From contig NC_043003.1 in the NCBI RefSeq assembly GCF_006345805.1, forward strand, positions 102,176,001 to 102,240,000: a DNA stretch of 64,000 bases, given 5' to 3'. Under the pieces are notes generated by a model. That model had not been told where the DNA came from and ran no database searches. It saw nothing but the letters and a program-made list of their open reading frames with translations. Shown one piece after another: positions 26,653 through 40,907 of this stretch. The DNA is from Octopus sinensis (taxonomy: Eukaryota). The translations under genes and the position numbers were made by a program. Positions within the stretch are counted from its first letter, which is position 1, and each line of letters starts with the position of its first letter.

Positions 26653-27129
26653 TATATATATGTATAGTAGAGGCACAATGGCCCAGTGGTTAGGGCAATG
26701 GACTTGTAGTCATAGGATCGCAGTTTCGATTCCCAGACCGGGCATTGTGAGTGTTTATTGAGCAAAAACACCTAAATCTCCATGAGGCTCTGGCAGGGGG
26801 GGCGGGCGATCCCTGCAGTACTCTCTCACCACAACTTTCTCTCACTGTTTCTTCTGTTGGCCTGTTCGCTTAGCCAGTGGGGTGGTGTCATTTGAAGGCT
26901 AAAACAATGCAACAATGTGAAGCACATTTTGACCAGTGATGTGTTGCAACATCTGATAGCCTTGTCAAAAAAAATATATATATATATATCTTGTCTGTCT
27001 TGTTACAGTATTCACTCAGGAGGGGTTAAGCCAGCTCCTATTGAGTTCATGCAACTCTGTCACTTGTTGATTATGCAGCCTGTTGAAACTATTCCTGGTT
27101 TCAGTGTCAAACATTAAAGTTTCAAGGTC

Positions 27130-28080
27130 TGTTTTGAATGTCATACTATGACCGTCATATCTGCTTTGACTGTCATGAGCCACGTCTTCAGCTGAACAGC
27201 ACTCCACTTACTCCAACCTGCAATGTGTAGCCAAACCACCATTGTCTCCTCATCAGAAGAGTTCCGTCAAGAACTGAGAGACAAGTATAAAGTCTGAGAT
27301 ATGCAGTTGAAGAAGTCGACAAATACAAAAGTGATCCAAGACCTCCATCTTTTGGTGATCAGCAACACACATTGGCCAGGTGTGACAACCATAGAGGAGA
27401 ACTGTTTGGACAAGTGCTTGGTAAATACAGCATTTTGTTGCAAGGTGGATTTCCTGACACAATCACAAGCACTTATGGAGGCACCAGAAGGCTGACTGTG
27501 TGCAAATTGATCTGAGTGGAGATCTCATCCTTCCCATAGCCAGTAGCAGTAACGGTGGATCTAAGATATTTGAACTCCTCAACCTCTTCCACAACCTCTC
27601 CATCAAGATGAATAGTGACCTTGGAGGAAGGAGGTATGTTGGCTGAGTGGACCTTCGTTTTTGAGACATTGATCTTCATAACAACCCTTGCAGATGCAAG
27701 TTTTAACCTATCAAGAGTGCATTGGATGTCACCATAGGACTTCCCTAGGATGGCAACATCGTTGGCAAAGACAAGATCAGTGACTGAGAAATTGCATCCT
27801 TCCCTGGCCTCAGAGGATCCAATCGATGATGAATTTAAAAAGTGTGAGTGATCGGACACAACCTTGGTGAACATCTGTTTGAACAGTGAAGAAATCAGAC
27901 GTGTCTGCATAGCACCATACTCTGGTTTTCATATAAGCGTAATATGCAAGGATAAGGATGAGGAGCTTGGTTGGAAGACCATCTCAACTCATGACCTCCC
28001 ATAAGCTGGTATGGTCCACTGAATCTGATTGGTGCAGCTTCTTCCTTGTCAAAAACTGCATTGGTTTGGCAAGGTTCAAT
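27130..28080 (-). mobile_element. RTE-like LINE RT fragments
   Basis: TDLVFANDVAIL, KINVSKTKV, VEEVEEFKYL, IYQALVQTVLLYGC. Confidence 0.75.
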
Positions 28081-28087
28081 GGAGATA

Positions 28088-28951
28088 TACAGGGTGCAGT
28101 GAATAAACTGTCATCTAAATTATACCAAAACGAAAATAACACTGACATCTTATTGTAGCAGATATATTTACCAAAATTACATACAAATATCTTGAAATAT
28201 TAAAGAGTAAATTTATTCAATAAAATCACCATTGGCTTCAACCATGGCCTCCAGACGACTTCCGAATTGCCTCAACTCTTCTGTATGGTCTCCTTGTTTA
28301 AGTTGGTGAATGTTACCATATTCTTTGCCTTCAGTGTTACAAGGAGTTTTGTTGGTCTCTCACTCAACGGTGCTCCACACATGATAATCAAGAGGGTTAC
28401 AGTCTGGGGAGTTAAGTAGCCAGATATTAGGGGTGATGTGGTTGCAGAAATTGTCTGACGGCCATGACTGGGTTCTTCTGCTTGTGTGGCATGGTGCAGA
28501 GTCCTGCTGTCAGACACAGGGTCTTCCAGCAGCCACCCTTTTGACCCATGGCAGCACTACCTTCTCTAGGCACTTGATGTAGGCCTCCATGTTGAGTGTG
28601 AGGCCACGTGGGAAGGTGAATGGAGGCATAACTTTGCCATCAGTAGTGATCACTCCAAACACCATGATGTTGACTGGATGTATGATTTTTATCACTCTCG
28701 GTACATGTACTCAGATTGCACTGTCCTCAGATTGACACCCAAACACTCTGAAATGTTCATACTGGAGCTTCCGGTGTGAATGCCAAGCAGTACAGCATGT
28801 TGTTTTCAAATTTCTGGCAGAGTGAACTGCGTCATGGTGCTGTTTTGCTCAACTGACTCTACTATACTGTGTAGTTGACAAAATCAAAAATATATAATGC
28901 ACATACGTGAAATTAAAAATATAAAATGGCAACAATTTACTCATTGCATTC

Positions 28952-28955
<4 letters not shown>
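28088..28955 (-). mobile_element. mariner/maT DD37D element, internally deleted, with imperfect TIRs
   Basis: IMVFGVITTDG...QQDSAPCH...SPDCNPLD, with 37 residues between the last two Asp. TIR tacagggtgcagtgaataaactgtc at 28088 and a degenerate inverse near 28930-28955. TA flanks. Confidence 0.8.
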
Positions 28956-28987
<32 letters not shown>

Positions 28988-29689
28988 ATACAATAACCTT
29001 GCAGCAGATTAAAGTGAGAATGCCTTGTATGTATTGTGTTGGGAACAAGCGTTCTATTCATGTGTATGGGAGTATATTTTCAACCACATATCTATGTGTG
29101 TGTATGTATGTATGTATGTATGTATATATGTTTTTATGTATGTATGCCTGTATGTTGTCAGCTGAAGCTATTTAATGTGAGTCAGACGTTTTTCTTTTCT
29201 TTTTTTATTAGAGTCTTGGGATTTCTAGTTTGTCATGTAAATCTTTTGTTACAAAACTCAGACTATAAAAATATGTGTTCGTGTGAAATGGGATTGTATA
29301 GATTAAGTACATATTTCACATAACACAAGGTGTTTTAAGTGAGGGTGTGGGTGGGAATCAGTAGTTTAGATATATAAACCACCATAGCACAAATAATGTA
29401 TAAAAGGTGTGTTGAATCCATGGCATTTCGAACTTGGTGAATTAGATCTATTGATAAGAAGATATTGCAAACTATTGGCATAAATAAAGATATAGAACCC
29501 TTAGAACTATAATTATGGGTGTGAAATGGATTGATTGTTAGCACGGATGCCAATCATTGAATTTGATTTTGATTTTGATTTTGATTTCATTTGCCTCAAC
29601 AGGTCTTTGCAAGCAGAGTTTAGTGTACAATGAAGGAAAGGTATGCATAAGTGGGCTGGTTACACCCTTGGCATAGGCCACGAGGTTAT

Positions 29690-30220
29690 GGTCTCACTTG
29701 GCCTGCTAAGTCTTCTTAAGCACAGCATATTTCCAAAGGTCCTGGTCACTAGTCATTGCCTCGGTGAGGCCTAATATTCGAAGGTCATGCTTCATCACTT
29801 CACCCCAGGTCTTCTTGGGTCTACCTCTTCCACAGGTTCTCTCAACCGCTAGGGAGTGGCACTTTTTCACACAGCTATCCACATCCATTCTCGTTGCCAC
29901 ATGGCCATACCAGCACAGTCGTCTCTCTTGCACACCACATCTGATGCTTCTTAGGTTCAACTTTTCTCTCAAGTATGCACACTGACATTACACACCCATC
30001 AGAGCATACTGGTTTCATTCCTTGCAAGCTTACGCATGTCCTCAGCAGTCACAGCCCATGTTTCACTGCCATGTAGCATGGCTGTTCATACAAATGTGTC
30101 ATACAGTCTACCTTTTACTCTGAGCGAGAGGCCCTTTGTCACCAGCAGAGGTAAGAACTCTCTGAACTTTGCCCAGGCTATTCTTATTCTAGCAGCTACT
30201 ATGTATTTCCTAGATTCCTA
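29690..30220 (-). mobile_element. RTE-type LINE 3' fragment
   Basis: RRLCWYGHV...GRGRPKKTW in ORF 29706-29972. Confidence 0.7.
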
Positions 30221-30221
30221 A

Positions 30222-30595
30222 TCTCTGTATTCTTCTACATAGATAACAAAAAAAAAAAAGAAAGATAGATTTGGAAAAAAGTTACAAATTAAGAAACTAT
30301 GGTGGGGATAGAGGGAAATTAAAATTTTGAAAATGTGATTTCTGGACAAAATCGTATTAATCCCCTTTTATACGATGAAACAATACATAGTTTCTGATCC
30401 TTCTTAAGAACAGAAACCACTTTCATGCAAACCCATGCAAATTGTACCCTCACCCTTCACTATTAAACAAACAATAGCTTCCATTATTCCATTAACTATA
30501 TGTCAGCTGTGTTGATTCTATCCATAAGAAAGGAGCAAATAATACAATGTGCTTGTAGGTCATAACACCCGGGCAACGCCAGGATGCATTGCTAG
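30222..30595 (+). mobile_element. Non-autonomous Helitron-like element
   Basis: Candidate A|TC 5' end at 30222. Imperfect GC-rich hairpin cccgggcaacgccagg at 30568-30583, then CTAG|T at 30592-30595. Confidence 0.5.
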
Positions 30596-31193
30596 TAAAC
30601 AATAAGAACACTTGGGAAATAGATTTTGTTAGATTCTCAGAAGTGTCCCAAGAGGTAGCAGATAGTTTGTATTACTTTGGTGGACAAATTAGTAGTGAAG
30701 AAGGTTTTTCTGAAAGTATAGTTGCTTGTGTAAGAACAAACTGGAGCAAGTTCAGAGAGTTATTACTTCTGTTTGTCAGAGATTCTGAAAGCATGATGTC
30801 TATACACATTGCTGGGCCCCTTACCCAGTTTGCCCCTGTCAAATCTTCCCCCATCACTCCTTTGCCTGTTTATCATTCATCCCTCTGTCATTCTCTTAAT
30901 TATAACAGTATACCACTGCTGTAATTAAATGAGAGCAGAACTACATCTTTTTCCATGTGACCACTTACTTTTCCCCCTCCCCAGCATCTCTTTCTTTGAT
31001 ATTTATCCTTCATTCTTAACACAGTTGCTCCCTACTCACATTTTCCATTGAACCACTTTCTATTGATTTACTCAGAGATACATAGGAGTAAATGTACCTT
31101 TCACCACCTATCTCTCATCTACCCACACTTTCTTGCAACCTATTTACACCACTCACTCATCATCATGCTTTTTTAAATTCTTCCTCTATCTAC

Positions 31194-31195
<2 letters not shown>

Positions 31196-31241
<46 letters not shown>

Positions 31242-33290
31242 GTTGTTGTTGTTGTTGTTGTTTTACTTTTCAGAGTGCTCAATCTTGTTTGCTCTGGTAG
31301 ATTCTGTGAGAGTGGACAGCAGCCTGCTGTCCTGCTGTCAGAGGTTTCATAGGGTCTATCTTTCTGTACATTATAAGCTTTTGTACTTGGTTGTTAACTT
31401 TTGTGGGAGACATTCAACATCCAAGCACCGATCTCAAAATCCTAGCAGTGCAGATTTTTGGGCTTGCTCTGCTCTCATGTCAATCCTGACTTCTCTGACA
31501 TATTTCTTGAAAATGGTTGAATGTGCTCCAAGTTTCCACACAACTATTGGAATGACAGACACTCCCCTCATACTCTTTTACTCTTTTACTTGTTTCAGTC
31601 ATTTGACTGCGGCCATACTGGAGCACTGCCTTTAGTCGAAACAAATTGACCCCAGGACTTATTTTTTGTAAGCCTAGTACTTATTCTATCAGTCTCTTTT
31701 GCTGAACTGCTAAGAGCTGGGGACATAAACACACCAGCATCGGTTGTCAAGCGATGTTGGGGGGGGGGACAAATGCAGACACACAAACATATATACACAC
31801 ACACACACACATATATAAGTACATATATACAACGGGCTTCTTTAAGGTTCTGTCTACCAAATCCACTCACAAGGCTTTGGTTGGCCCAAGGCTATAGTAG
31901 AAGACACTTGCCCAAGGTACCACGCAGTGGGACTGAACCCAGAACCATGTGGTTGGTAAGCAAGCTACTCACCACACAGCCACTCCTGCATCATAGTCCA
32001 CATTCTTGAAATTTCATTTTTTAATCTTTTCAGTCTTTTCTAGTTCTTTGTCATCTATGCATGCATCCCCAGGTATTGCAATATCTATAATCTTCGTTTC
32101 TTTTTTTCCTTTTTCTACCTCAACAATATCTGGTCTCCAAGCCTTGATTAGGGAGTCACATTGGATTGTAAAATCCGACAGTATCTTATATTCCTTGTTC
32201 TCAATAATTCTTTCTGGTTCATGTTTGTACTATTTCCATGCTTAGTTAAGGCCATACTTTTCACATAGCATCCAGTGGATGAACTTAGTCAAAGTATCAT
32301 TCCTCCTTTTGTAGTGCTTTTCGGCCAGCTTACAGCACTCACTCACAATATGTGAGATTGCTTTGTTTCTGCTGCCACACATCCTACAACGGTGCAATTT
32401 GTTGCTCTTATCTATTAGGAACTTGGTGTAATTAGTTCTCAGAGCTTGTTCCTGGGTGCTGCATATCAATGTCTCAGTGCATCCTTTCAGGTTACTTTTT
32501 CTTAGCCAGATCCAAGTGTTGATCTTGTCTTTTCCTTTGGTTTCTCTCAGATATTTCCCATGCAGTGGTTTCATTTTCCAATTGTTTATTCTTTCATCTT
32601 CATCTTGTTTCTTAAATTTTTATGGGTGCATCATATTTTCAGTAGGTATTGTATTCTTAATTCTGACAGCAGCAAGCAAGGATTGACTCTGCTGTTTGAT
32701 GTACCATCCTAGACTGTTCTTCTCATTGACAACATAGGTTTTGCATACTATGAAGCCTCTTCCTAGGCACACACAGTCTGTTAGTATTGCTTTTGGGGTG
32801 TAGTTCCTTGTTAATTGTTATCACCTTTCTGGTTTTCCTATCCATCTCCTCAAGCTCATTTATGCCCTTCTTGATGTTAACCACCTCCAAAAATTTCCCA
32901 CATGAGGTTAGCTCTGTATTCCAGTTTTTCATTGATCTCCTAATAAAATTTGCTGTGTTATCAGACACCTGTGCCAGCTCAAAACTTACTAAAATCCAGG
33001 AATGGGAGACCATGTCATATGCTTTTTTATAATCGATCCACACCATGCCCAGGTTAGTAAATCTTTTCTTGCAGTTGTTCAGTTCCATTCCATCTATCAG
33101 AAATTGGTTTTTTTGTCCCTTGACTTTTCCTTCTTTATCCTTTCTGTTCCACTGGTAGTTTGTCATTCATTTCCAGGAAGTTGTACACATAATAAGATAT
33201 TATTTCTGTCATCAGCTTCCATATCAGGGGCCAACTGGTGATAGGCGAGTAATTATCCACCCCATCAGGGGCAGACAAATGATCGTTTGT
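31196..33290 (-). mobile_element. R4/Dong-like LINE fragments interrupted by SINEs (31565-31990)
   Basis: PITSWPLIWKL, WIDYKKAYD, LHGKYLR, CRMCG...HIVSEC, KRRND. (ATT)n tail at 31196-31240. Confidence 0.8.
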
Positions 33291-33419
33291 TCTTTCATCT
33301 TCACCTGCTTCACTTCCATTTTCCTGAGGGGTGTGCAGCATTGTATGCTCGAGCTTTTTTGGTTGGTGGGGGGGGGAGTACAAACTCTTCCTGGTATTGT
33401 ATCAGTCTGTTTTGTTATG

Positions 33420-35414
33420 AGGTTTGGTTGCAGCCTTTCATTGTATTAGTGTTTGTATTGTGTGTTGTGTGAGTAATGCATGTTGTGTTCTTCTGTTGGG
33501 TATCCACCTTGATGTGGAGGTTGTTTATTTTATTGCATATTTACAATATAGAGTGTGTCTTGTGTTTGTGGATTGTTTTATTTCAGTTGTACTATTAAAT
33601 TGATAGAATGCAGGCTCTTCATAGCAGGGCTTTTGGATATAAAGTTATAGCTTTTATGTTTTTATTCAAATGCTTCTTTTTATCAATACTCTATGCTCCA
33701 GTTATTACTGGTATTGTTTTTACCTTCCTACCCCACACCTTGAATACTTCAGTTTCAAGATCTTTATACCATGACATTTTTTTCTCCTCTTTATGGGCAA
33801 TATTTTAGTTAGAAGGGACTGCAATGTCCATCAGTAAGAAGACTCTTTTTTTCAGTCTGTGATTATTATACCTGCATGATAAGCTTTGATTTCTTTGTCA
33901 GTTTGAACAGGAATATCCCAGATGATTGTGGCCTGGTCATTGTCATATACTTTGTTTGACACACATTTATACTGTTTCTTGTTAGTTTTATGCTGTAGTG
34001 TTGGCATATTGTCCAGTGGATATAGCTACTTACTCGATTATGTTTGTATATATATTCAGATTTGGCAAGGACTCGACAGCCAAAGATGATGTGGTCAACT
34101 GTCTCGTGCTAGTTGCACAATCTGTATTTGGTGTTTGGACCTGTTTTTGTTATTTTACTTTGATGGTTGTTTGTGGTCAAGAATTGGTCTTGTGCAGTGA
34201 GAATCAGTCCTTCAGTTTCTTCTTTTAGTCCAGAGCTTTTGAACCATAGTTGGCTTTTACTTAGGCTCACTTCTTCTCTGTTAAGCCTTGCAAGGTATTG
34301 GCCATGGAGGGATTTTTCACTCCTTTTCTTCTTTAGTATGTATCATAGTTTTGTTTTCATGTTTTTTGTCTCTTTGACCATTTCTGCTATGTTGTCATCT
34401 GAGATCAGTGTATCAAAGTAGTTTGTTTCGATTTTGAATTTTGTTGCCTCCTTGTCTATAGAGAAAAGCTTTTTCTTTCTTTTTTTTTGTGTTGGTTTAT
34501 TATATATAGCAATTTTCCACTTTTTGCTTCTATATATTTTTCTAGTTCAACCATTGTTATTTTATAGTAGTTCTCTATCTGTGTCAAATTGCAATCTGCA
34601 ATGGAGTAGATATATTCTGACTGTGTTTGCTTTGGGGTTGTGACTTCAGTGTGCTGTTAATAGTTTTTCTGGTTTTTCTAAGTTTCTCAATTCACTAAAC
34701 TTTCAGTTTATTATATTGAAGCTGTAATTTATGATTGGTATGGCTAGCATGTTTATCCTTATTATCTTAATTTTAGCATTGAGAGTTCAGTGTTTAATAT
34801 TAGTCTAACTCTTCTGTAATATTCACTCCTAATTTCAATTCTGTCTGTTGTATTTTAGCTATTTTGTCTCTTCCTAGATACTTGCATGGGTGATTGTGGT
34901 CTAATTCTCTGATTTCTGTGTCTATGTCAAGTGCAGTGTTTTCGGTGCTGATTAATTTGCCTCTTCTCAGAGTCACTTTGGCACATTTGTGCAACCCCAT
35001 GCTCGTCCAGATGTCCTTACTGAAACTATTGACAATCTTTAGAAGGCTTTTCTACTCTGTGGTATTTTCAGTGAAAGTTTTTAAGTCATCCATACATAGG
35101 AAATGATATATACTTTGTCCATAGCATCTGTAATCCATAGGGGTTTCATTTAACAAGTTTGTTAGTGGGGTCAGAGCAAGGTAGAAAAGCAGGTGGGGAC
35201 AATGAATCTCCTTGGAAAAATTCCTCTTATTATAAGTATAAGGCGGGTTTTAATGACTTGTGATTAATTTTCAGTGTTATGCTGATTTTCCAGTTTGCCA
35301 TTGCCTGGTTGATATATTTTAGGGGTGTTGGAGTGGCTTTATTTGTGTGGAGAAACTCCAGTGTCCATGAGTGTGGAACACTGTTGACTGCTTTCAGATA
35401 ATCATTCCAAGTCA
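33420..35414 (-). mobile_element. Further R4/Dong-like LINE remnant
   Basis: NSVPHSW, YMDDLK, GLHKCAKV, KYLG. The 3' region 33420-33650 is an inverted homolog of 21800-22090. Confidence 0.7.
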
Positions 35415-36111
35415 TGTTGAGATTTGTTTTTCTTTATTGTTGTTGTTGCTGTTGTTATGCTGCTGCTCCTCATCCTTTCTGTACTGATAATGATTACTTC
35501 TTTCACTGTCCCCTCCCTGCCATCAACCACCCCCTCCATCTTTGTTCATCACTCACTACATTCATCCCCGCTTCCATCTCTAGCCCTAACCTTAATTCTC
35601 ACACACATTTGTAATCCGCCCACCTTTCCTGTTCCTCTGTCGTCGTTTTCTCTTCTATTCCACCTCTTTCACCTCAAGGACACACTCTGACCCCTCACCA
35701 CCATCATTTTTATCTCTCTTTCCTAGTCCTTCCTAATTACTCCTATTTCATGGAATGTGAAGCAGCCATGTATCTCTTCTCCAGCAAGAAACATGTTCTT
35801 GTCCCTTCTTTCATACTTTATCCTCTCAACAGCATAAAGCCACCTCCTTCACAACCACACTTCCATTCAGTCAGGAGGGCTTTTTGTCTTGCACATAATA
35901 TGGTGACTACACAAGAGCTGCTACCTTGAAAGAAAAGAGCAACCAGTACACTCTTTAAAGTAGTTGGCACTAGTAAGAGCATCCAGCTGTAGAGACTATG
36001 CCAAAGTAGACACTGGAGCATGATGTTGTCCTCTGAACTAGACAAACCATAGCATAGAAGATGGAGATTATAGGATGATGATGTATGTGTTTTATACACA
36101 CACACAAATAA

Positions 36112-36153
<42 letters not shown>

Positions 36154-36156
<3 letters not shown>

Positions 36157-36472
36157 CAAGTAATAAGAGAGGGACCACATGTGGTCACTCTAACGCTAGA
36201 AATAGATCCGCAAAGGGAATCCACCACTAAAGAATTGTTCTCAAGCATTAATTCAACACGCCAAGAATGTAAGCGGGCAGGACAAATGAAAAATAACGAA
36301 AAAATGGATAGAGTTAATCCATTTTTTCGTTATTTTTCATTTGTCCTGCCCGCTTACATTCTTGGCGTGTTGAATTAATGCTTGAGAACAATTCTTTAGT
36401 GGTGGATTCCCTTTGCGGATCTATTTCTAGCGTTAGAGTGACCACATGTGGTCCCTCTCTTATTACTTGTAT
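36154..36472. repeat. Perfect inverted repeat, 156-bp arms with a 7-nt loop
   Basis: 36154-36309 is the exact reverse complement of 36317-36472; the loop is agagtta. Confidence 0.95.
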
Positions 36473-36574
36473 TAATAATTTTTACTGTATCACAGTTTTT
36501 TTATGCTAGGCCACTTGGTGTTTTAAATTGATGTTATTATTAATTAATATTCAATTTTTTCACCCTTATTGCGA

Positions 36575-36607
<33 letters not shown>

Positions 36608-37021
36608 AATTTAAATTTAAAATGAGGGTCAGAAATTAGATATTAATTTAATTAACATCGATTTAGCAAAAATTTTGTTTGCTAAATTTTTCTTGAGAAC
36701 ATTTCTTAGTGGTAAGACCATAGCGGATTCATTTCTAGCATAAGGGTGTCCACATAGTGGGTTCCCTCAAAAATGTATATATATATATAAAGCACATAAG
36801 TTAGCATCATAATACAATCTCCATCTTTCACTTCAGCAATGTAGCTACACATGTGGCATTAGTGATTGCTTTTCCTTCTTCAAACTTTTCCTCTTCTTTT
36901 TTCCAATGAAGAGTTATGCTTGAGATGTCAAACTCTCTCTTTTTACTGAACATCAAACTAATACATTCCTTGTGCATGCCCTCTTGTTTGTTAATTTTAT
37001 TATTTGTATATTTGAATTGAC

Positions 37022-37060
<39 letters not shown>

Positions 37061-39336
37061 TGTGTGTGTGTGTGTGTGTGTGTACAACACATGCATACAT
37101 ACATGCATACAATACAGCAAAAATTTTTTAGCTTCTCCAAATCAATGCTCAAGTTTTCTACCCATACACAAAACTGATACAGATTTTGCACATTAACTTG
37201 CACAACTTACTAATTCCTTATATGATACACAAAATCTACTAATCCCATTCAAGTCAGTAGCAAACTGCATGCAGTTCTACCTAAATGAAAAAATAACAAC
37301 ACTCCAATACACTTACCTTTATCATAAAAAAAAAAGAAGCTACAATGATTGCAATTGAAAGCTTTAGTGGGTAATATTCTAAAATGTATCAGAGATTTTT
37401 AAATACTAAAATTCATATGTGATGGGCTCAGAAAAAAATTTTCACTTTCAGGAGGCAATGATATATTTAGCTTGGAAGAAATTGACCCTTACTTGGACAT
37501 CTGATCAAAGCGATCTTTTAAAACAAATATTCTGTGATCTTGTTGAACAAGGTGTCTCATATAATTTAGAAACAAGGATACTTCCTATAAAGGCTTTAAA
37601 AATAATTACATGAATGTTACACTTCACTTCTGTGTAGGGTACAATTGAATCTTATGAAAGGAAACTTCATTCAATACTCAAGTAAATCCATGGACGTTTA
37701 TCACTCGCCTCACAAACTCTGTGGTATTGTAGGATATAATTTGACATACACTGTTTTGGAGCAAAAGATGTGCTAATGCTGTCATTTGTTCATTGGAGAA
37801 TTCAGAAACTTGGTGGGAAAAGTAACAAGCACTACTCTCTCCTATCTGGATGTCATCATCAGATATGAAGAGCTAGGCTTTGGGTAGTGATATAGGATTA
37901 TGAATTCTGGTAAATTTTGAGGTCTGTTTTGACTGAATTCACCAAGTGATGATGGTGACAACGATGATATATGCATGCACACACACAGTTGCCTCTCCAT
38001 TTATGCAATGAAACCAGTCAATAACAACAACTTCATGAGACAATAATATTATACAAATAATAATAATAATAATCCTTTTTACTATAGGTACAAGGCCTGA
38101 AATTTTGTGGGAGGGGGTTTATTGATAACAACAACCCCAGTACTTAACTGATTCTTTATTATATTGACTCTGAAAGGATGAATGGCAAAGTCAACCTCAG
38201 TGGAATTTGAACTCAAAATGTAAAGGCAGACAAAATGCCTCTAAACATTTTGTCTGACATACTAATGATTCTGCCAGCTCACTGCCTCTCTCACTCAATA
38301 GCAATAATAATATTTAACCAATGGGAGATAGCACTTCTCTCTCTCCATCTCACTTTCCTTAAAACAGTTGATGAAAGTGTGATCGAAGAAGAAGGTGTCT
38401 TTCCTCTATCCTTTCAGCCTCTATCCACACAACTTCTTTCACCATAACCACCAGACAGAGGAAGACTGCCTGCCGTCTCATTAAAGGCTGCTGATCGGAT
38501 GATTCTCATGATGGATTCAGTCAGTGGTCAGATTCGTCCAACACATGATAACAGCTGTTTGACATAACTTCACATGTCAGCAATACTTATACTCTGCCCA
38601 AGTGCATGCAGAATGGTATTGTGAAGGTGGCAAGCTGGCAGAAATGCTTAGTGGTATTTCGTATGCCGTTACGTTCTGAGTTCAAATTCCGCCAAGGTCA
38701 ACTTTGCCTTTCATCCTTTCGGGGTCGATAAATTAAGTACAAGTTACGCACTGGGGTTGATGTAATCGATTTAATCCGTTTGTCTGTCCTTGTTTGTCCC
38801 CTCTATGTTTAGCCCTTTGTCGGTAATAAAGAAATAGGTATTGTCAGCTCAGATAATCCTGCCTGACAGTGCTTCCATACCTGGGCAAGGAAGCTGTCAG
38901 GTGGGACTGTCTGAGATGTGCACAGAGTGATGTAACCATTTTGTGTGCACTTGTGCAGTGTCCAAGTGTTGCTGATTAGTGGTGTTAATACTAATAAGGA
39001 TAATGATAATAACAACAACAACAAAAATAATACACACACACACGTGTATAATATCCCACAAAACCATGGACAGCTAACCTCAGTTGGCTCACGACATGCC
39101 TACTAGCCCTAGCTTCTACACTGCTCTACCAACCTCTGGTAGTTGCCAAACTTCCTCTTCTAAGCATCTTTCATGTGTTCTTTCCAGGGTACTGTTAGTT
39201 CCCACATGACCCTCTCCACTGCTTGATGAAATTTGAGATCATTATTTCCCGGCAGAGTTGGTATGATGTGTCCTAGAAATATATATACGTATGTGTGTGT
39301 GTGTGTGTTTGTGAGTGTGTGTGTGTGAGTGTGTGT

Positions 39337-39369
<33 letters not shown>

Positions 39370-39705
39370 CTTCTCTTTCTCTTTTTAATCTTAGAGTAAA
39401 TTTTGACCAGCCACCTAATTGGTAGCAAAGTCATGAAAGAAAGTATCTTCTTTTAACCATCATTACTTTTTTACAGCTGGATACCCTTCCTGTTGCCAAC
39501 CCTCCCCTATTTCCAGGTAAAGTAATATTTCTTCATGGCCAGGCATAATTTTCATGGAGGGCTAGAAATGAATGACATAGTGATGCACATTTACAACAGT
39601 TACACAATGTCAAGACATGGGTACACACACACTCTTACATGCATGTATGCACAGGCACACACACACACACACACATACACACACACACACACACACACAA
39701 ACACA

Positions 39706-39860
39706 CATATTTAGCTACACTCTTATTATTGTCCTCCTTTCACTCAATGTCATGTCCATTACCACTCAATACTAATGACCATAATCACCAACACCAATTG
39801 GAAGCCCCACACATGTGGTCAGCCTACACTCATTCTCATAGTCAGTCTCACTTATGGCTG

Positions 39861-39895
<35 letters not shown>

Positions 39896-40253
39896 CAAAC
39901 GTCTTTTAGGTTCTATCTACCAAATCCACTCACAAGGCTTTGATTGTGTTGGGGCTATGTTCGAAGACACTTTCCCAAACTGTTGCACAGTAGAACTGAA
40001 CCGACGACCACATGATTGGGGATCAAGCTTCTTAACACACCACACCTGTACCTATCAATGATATCCACAATTAAAGTTGACTATAAGTGAGGTCAGTCAT
40101 GAGTGAGTTTGAACACAAGTGTTACCAGCCATAAGTGAGACTAAGAGAATGAGTGTAGGCTGACCACATGTGTGAGGCTTCCAATAAGTGTTAGTTATGG
40201 ACATGACATTGAGTGAAAGGAGGACAATAATAAGAAGAGTGTAGTTAAATATG
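39706..40253. repeat. Imperfect inverted repeat (arms 39706-39867 and 40119-40253) around (CA)n and a SINE
   Basis: ttattattgtcctcctttcactcaatgtcatgtccat and cacatgtggtcagcctacactcattctc recur reverse-complemented. Confidence 0.85.
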
Positions 40254-40524
40254 AGTGGTATAAGTGAGTGTACATAATAGTGTAATAGTTAAGGTATCAC
40301 GCTAAACTGGCTGGGGTGGATAAATAAGTAAGTAAATAGACAGGAGGCTTTTTTGTATAGAGTAGATAAGTAGGGTAAAGTATAAATAAAGAAAGACAGC
40401 CCTACCTCTACACATTCAAAGTAATCCTTAGGGATTTTGTGGTCAGTTTAGCTCAAACTCCTTTATGATACTCTGTATGTTTTGAGTATAGCAAATCTAC
40501 TGAATGGTTTCTATGATGTCAACG

Positions 40525-40576
<52 letters not shown>

Positions 40577-40870
40577 TACACACACACACACACAAACATA
40601 CACTTATACGCACTCACATACAGACATTTATTGCATAGGCTGTGTTCTTTTTAACCCTGTGTGACCCATAGCCAAACTTGTCTGTCAACTTCCCACAGTG
40701 AGTTCTGACAACTTCCTTCAGTAACTTTGTCCCTTTGTCATAGATGTCTTGGTAAACTGGTAGAACCTGTTGGTAGTGGTAGTGCAGTGTGTGTGTGTGT
40801 GTGTAATGGAGCTGACAGTTTCTTTATATGTATGTTGGTGAACTTTGTAGTGTATGCATGTAATTTTATG

Positions 40871-40907
<37 letters not shown>

